Assembly: GCA_964016885.1 (NCBI GenBank)
Contig: OZ024742.1
Location: forward strand, 129,890,001 to 129,954,000
DNA from: Eledone cirrhosa
Taxonomy: Eukaryota
DNA: 64,000 nt
Direction: 5' to 3'
The notes below the pieces were generated by a model. That model was not told the DNA's origin and made no database searches. It worked only from the letters and a program-made list of their open reading frames with translations. Position numbers and translations under genes: made by a program. This document shows, piece by piece, positions 58,740 through 64,000 of this stretch (position 1 is the first letter of the stretch; each line of letters begins with the position of its first letter).

Positions 58740-59545
58740 GTTTTCTTGAACTAAATGCATTTTGTTGAACTAAATGTATTTTGTTGAACAAAATGTATTT
58801 TTGTTGAACTAAATATAGTTTTAATGTGTGTTAGACAAAATGTGTTTTATCGGACTAAATGTATTTTATGAAACTAATTATCTCATTTTACTAAATGTTT
58901 TGTTAGATTCAGTGTCGTTTTTTTTAGATTAAATGTGTTTAGTTGAACTAAATATCATTAGTTAGACTAAACATATTTAGTCTAACTATATATATTTAGT
59001 TAGACTAAATACATTTAGTCTAATTAAATATGATTTTGTAAGACCAACTATGTTATAAGTTGGACTAAATATATCTTTATTGGAATAAATATATTTTTGT
59101 TTGGCAAAATATATTTTTATTGGAATAAATATATTTTTGTGGGGCGAAATATATTTTTGTTGGGTTAAATATATTTTTATTGGCTGAATTATATTTTTAT
59201 TGGACTAAATATATTTTTGTTGAAGTAAGTGTGTTGTTTGTTATACTTAATATACCTTTGTTGGAGTAAGTGTGTTGTTTGTTAGACTTAATATACTTCT
59301 GTAAGAGTAAGTGTGTTGTTAGTTGGACTAAATGTACTTTTGTAAGAGTAAGTGAGCTGTTTGTTGGACTAAATATACTTTTGTAAGAGTAAGTGAGCTG
59401 TTTGTTGGACTAAATATACTTTTGTAAGAGTAAGTGAGCTGTTTGTTGGACTAAATGTACTTTTGTAAGAGTAAGTGAGCCGTTTGTTGGACTAAATGTA
59501 CTTTTGTAAGAGTAAGTGAGCTGTTTATCAGACTAAATGTACTTA
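58740..59545. repeat. Degenerate 20-21-bp tandem repeat grading into a homogeneous 41-bp repeat
   Basis: ttttgttgaactaaatgtat-like units, then period 41 at 59341/59382/59423/59464/59505. Confidence 0.9.
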
Positions 59546-60644
59546 GTTTCATTTGTCTATGTTTTGAGTTCAAATACTGGTTCAACTTTACCTTTCATCT
59601 CTCCATGGTCAATAAACTAAGTAAATATGTATTTTATTGAGATTAATTCCATTCAATTTCTTCCTCCTTTACAAATTTATATCTTTGTGCCAATGTAAGA
59701 AATCCATTTTATTTATGTACCTCTGAATACACACCATAGTAAACTCACGGTAAAAATTATATAAAGATTTTTTTTTCATTTCCTTGATGGATACCAATAG
59801 CCAATCTCTGGTGAAAAAATATACAGAGTGCATCTCTCCTATTTTTACAGTGAGATTCTCACATCTTTAATTAGCTATTCAACAAGCAGAATCTACTGAC
59901 AAAGAGAGTTTCAGTGCCATTCAGTACAAAATAATATTCTAAAAGAGATATATATTGTTTTTTCTGTATTACATTTTTTTTCAGCTTGTAGTATGATGAC
60001 AAAGCTGAATACATAGAACTAAGAACAGAAACAATATAAAAATTATTTTTACTAATAAATACTTTTGATAATAGGTTCATTGTGCTACAGGGCAGAATAG
60101 ATAGAAATAGGTAGTACACCGAAGAAAAAAATAATTGTAGTATGTAGTTTTGTTCTCCTAAGTTTCAAGTTCTAACCACTGCAAGGTCGATTATTTAAGA
60201 TTAAATGTTATAAGCTATGAATAACTTTTAACATTCTGTAATAACATAGCAGAAAATGTCTAAAACTGGATTGTTGATTCAAATATTTATAGCATCTTTA
60301 CTAGTGGACAGATTGTTGTGAAAATTTGCAGTAAAAACTTTAGTTTTTAATGTGATGCAGTCATGGTGACATTTTGTATTTTTCAAGTATTTCATGCTAA
60401 TGTGGTTTCATGTATTTTGTTAATACAAATGTTCATTGTATCTTTACTGTTGGACAAATTGTTATGAAAATGTTCAGTATTAGAATAAAGACATAATTTT
60501 TAATGTGATATAGTCATAGTGTTGTTTTATACTTTTCAATAATGCCTTGCCAGTAATGCAGTTTTATGTGATACACGACATTAAGAGTTATCTCCACACC
60601 CACAAAATTATACTTATGCAAGAAGTAACACATTCTTCTTATGA

Positions 60645-61250
60645 ATACTTAGTCTTAGTCTTTGTTCTTCCACGCCTTATGGCGTATCGATCAGTAAGTA
60701 GTCACCAACGTTCAGCATCAGCGGCAGCTTTTTCGCATCTGTACCAATTAATGTTGGCTGCCATCAGGTGTGTGTGTGTGTGTGTGTGTGTGTGACAGCT
60801 CACACCTATGCAGGTTTAGCTGGCCTCCTCCAAGGTATATCTCGTTGGAGGTGTCTTGGGCAATTTAATGATAGGGACCCCAGTCTTATCATCTCATTTC
60901 TACAGCTGAGTAAACTGGAGCAACGTGAAATAAAGTGTCTTGCTCAAGGAAACAACACATCACCCAGTCCGAGAATTGAACTCACAACTTTTCGATTGCA
61001 AGCCCAATTCTCTAACCACTAAGCCATCAGGTCTTTTTGGAACATTCATCGCTAAGTGATCCTCGAGTAACCCCACCTCTGTTTGCTGCCAGGTGGAGTC
61101 TCGTTCATTACTGTTTTCGAGTGTCGTTCATTGGGCAGACATAGAATATGGTCAGCCAGGTGACATCAATGCTCCATGACAACCCTCTACAACATCCACA
61201 ACTCAGTTCTTCACAGGATTTCCTTGTTTCATACTCAGTCGCGCCAGGAC
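60645..61250 (-). mobile_element. Old RTE-type 3' fragment interrupted by a CORE SINE (60770-61026) with TSD gccatcaggt
   Basis: LADHILCLPNERHSKTVMNETPPGSKQRWG..FQKDL; 3' ACTAAG repeats; a 10-bp direct repeat flanks the SINE. Confidence 0.72.
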
Positions 61251-61829
61251 ACACATAAACACACATACTATAAATTTCATTTGTCTGTTTGTTGTTTAAT
61301 TAATGATATATAACACATGGTAGCCAAGAAAGGCAGAGCTTCAATCTCTAGAAAAGTATCTCTTAGCAGTCTCCAATTAATGGGTCATGGAATAATTATG
61401 AAAGGACCATTATCATCATTTCTACCCCTGCTCTATATCCTGCCATGGGCTGGAGGGTTACTATGGCCAGAGACAGTTCTTATTCAGAATTACTGACTTC
61501 TACATAGGTCAGAGAACAACATCTCACTCTTGAGTTCCATTTTTGGCATGGTTTCTATGATGATAGTGATGATGATGATGACAATGCTGGAGGTTGTGGT
61601 AAGGAGGAGGATTATGATGATGATGATGCTAACAATGATAGTTCTGGTAATGATGATGATGATGTTGATAAAGAGGAAGAGGTCTGTGATTAGGACAATA
61701 GTGATGACAACAGTAGTGATGGTGGTTGTCATTATCGTCACAACGATGATGATGGTGATGACACAAGTGTTCGTGGTGATTGTTGCTGTCATGATGATGA
61801 TGAGATGATGATGATGGTGATGGTGGTGG

Positions 61830-64000
61830 TGGTGGTGATGACAACAATGTTGATGGTGGTAGTTGCTGTCATGATGATGATGATGGTGATGACAACAGTG
61901 GTGTTGGTGGTAGGTGTTGTCACCCTGATGATGGTGATGACAACAGTGGTGATGGTGGTAGCTGTTGTCACCCTGATGATGGTGATGACAACAGTGGTGA
62001 TGGTGGTAGGTGTTGTCACCCTGATGATGGTGATGACAACAGTGGTGATGGTGGTAGCTGTTGTCACCCTGATGATGGTGATGACAACAGTGGTGATGGT
62101 GGTAGCTGTTGTCACCCTGATGATGGTGATGACAACAGTGGTGATGGTGGTAGCTGTTGTCACCCTGATGATGGTGATGACAACAGTGGTGATGGTGGTA
62201 GCTGTTGTCACCCTGATGATGGTGATGACAAAAGTGGTGATGGTGGTAGCTGTTGTCACCCTGATGATGGTGATGACAACAGTGGTGATGGTGGTAGCTG
62301 TTGTCACCCTGATGATGGTGATGACAACAGTGGTGATGGTGGTAGGTGTTGTCACCCTGATGATGGTGATGACAACAGTGGTGATGGTGGTAGCTGTTGT
62401 CACCCTGATGATGGTGATGACAACAGTGGTGATGGTGGTAGCTGTTGTCACCCTGATGATGGTGATGACAAAAGTGGTGATGGTGGTAGCTGTTGTCACC
62501 CTGATGATGGTGATGACAACAGTGGTGATGGTGGTAGCTGTTGTCACCCTGATGATGGTGATGACAACAGTGGTGATGGTGGTAGGTGTTGTCACCCTGA
62601 TGATGGTGATGACAACAGTGGTGATGGTGGTAGCTGTTGTCACCCTGATGATGGTGATGACAACAGTGGTGATGGTGGTAGCTGTTGTCACCCTGATGAT
62701 GGTGATGACAAAAGTGGTGATGGTGGTAGCTGTTGTCACCCTGATGATGGTGATGACAACAGTGGTGATGGTGGTAGCTGTTGTCACCCTGATGATGGTG
62801 ATGACAACAGTGGTGATGGTGGTAGCTGTTATCACCCTGATGATGGTGATGACAACAGTGGTGATGGTGGTAGCTGTTGTCACCCTGATGATGGTGATGA
62901 CAACAGTGGTGATGGTGGTAGGTGTTGTCACCCTGATGATGGTGATGACAACAGTGGTGATGGTGGTAGCTGTTGTCACCCTGATGATGGTGATGACAAC
63001 AGTGGTGATGGTGGTAGCTGCTGTCATGATGATGATGGTGATGACAACAGTGGTGATGGTGGTAGCTGCTGTCATGATGATGATGGTGATGACAACAGTG
63101 GTGATGGTGGTAGCTGTTGTCATCCTGATGATGGTGATGACAACAGTGGTGATGGTGGTAGCTGTTGTCACCCTGATGATGGTGATGACAACAGTGGTGA
63201 TGGTGGTAGCTGCTGTCATGATGATGATGGTGATGACAACGGTGGTGATGGTGGTAGGTGTTGTCACCCTGATGATGGTGATGACAACAGCGGTGATGGT
63301 GGTAGCTGTTATCACCCTGATGATGGTGATGACAACAGTGGTGATGGTGGTAGCTGTTGTCACCCTGATGATGGTGATGACAACAGTGGTGATGGTGGTA
63401 GCTGTTGTCACCCTGATGATGGTGATGACAACAGTGGTGATGGTGGTAGCTGCTGTCATGATGATGGTGATGACAACAGTGGTGATGGTGGTAGCTGTTG
63501 TCACCCTGATGATGGTGATGACAACAGTGGTGATGGTGGTAGGTGTTGTCACGCTGATGATGGTGATGACAACAGTGGTGATGGTGGTAGCTGTTGTCAC
63601 CCTGATGATGGTGATGACAACAGTGGTGAGGGTGGTAGCTGCTGTCACCCTGATGATGGTGATGACAACAGTGGTGATGGTGGTAGCTGTTGTCACCCTG
63701 ATGATGGTGATGACAACAGTGGTGATGGTGGTAGCTGTTGTCATGATGATGATGATGATGGTGATGACAACAGTGGTGATGGTGGTAGCTGTTGTCACCC
63801 TGATGATGGTGATGACAACAGTGGTGATGGTGGTAGCTGTTGTCACCCTGATGATGGTGATGACAACAGTGGTGATGGTGGTAGCTGTTGTCACCCTGAT
63901 GCTGGTGATGACAACAGTGGTGATGGTGGTAGCTGCTGTCACCCTGATGATGGTGATGACAACAGTGGTGATGGTGGTAGCTGTTGTCATGATGATGGTG
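61830..64000. repeat. 48-bp minisatellite (about 45 units; runs off the window)
   Basis: Unit gatgatggtgatgacaacagtggtgatggtggtagctgttgtcaccct. Confidence 0.97.

Noticed and set aside
61789-63990. 733-aa Thr/Ile/Val mucin-like ORF
   Set aside because: Pure minisatellite translation with no splice or domain evidence; kept only as a low-interest finding.

Overview
AT-rich animal genomic DNA. The SINE, LINE and microsatellite content points to a coleoid cephalopod such as Octopus (inferred). The only host gene is on the minus strand: the last three coding exons of an IQCG/DRC9 (dynein regulatory complex) orthologue at 58550-58681, 45554-45655 and 63-167, separated by introns of 12.9 kb and 45.4 kb. 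Everything else is intronic repeat: a nearly intact RTE LINE with a PHD finger inside its RT, several R4/Dong-type RLE LINEs tied to (CATA)n or (TAA)n, a nearly intact CR1/L2-group LINE, Penelope-like element pieces, CORE- and Meta-type SINEs, MITEs, a mariner relic, about 11 kb of (TA)n-based arrays in 28.6-43.4 kb, and three minisatellites. The main signals are at the RNA level. (1) Four minimal type I hammerhead ribozyme motifs lie in Penelope pseudo-LTRs that end in (TA)n arrays and begin with perfect fold-back palindromes. (2) A second hairpin/hammerhead-like family has copy-specific perfect arms. (3) An AUG-less LINE ORF2 overlaps the putative ORF1 in the -1 frame with two in-phase canonical slippery heptamers. 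(4) A degenerate HDV-like ribozyme fold sits at the 5' end of a full-length Dong element. All calls are by eye; no searches or folding programs were run, and repeat boundaries are approximate.
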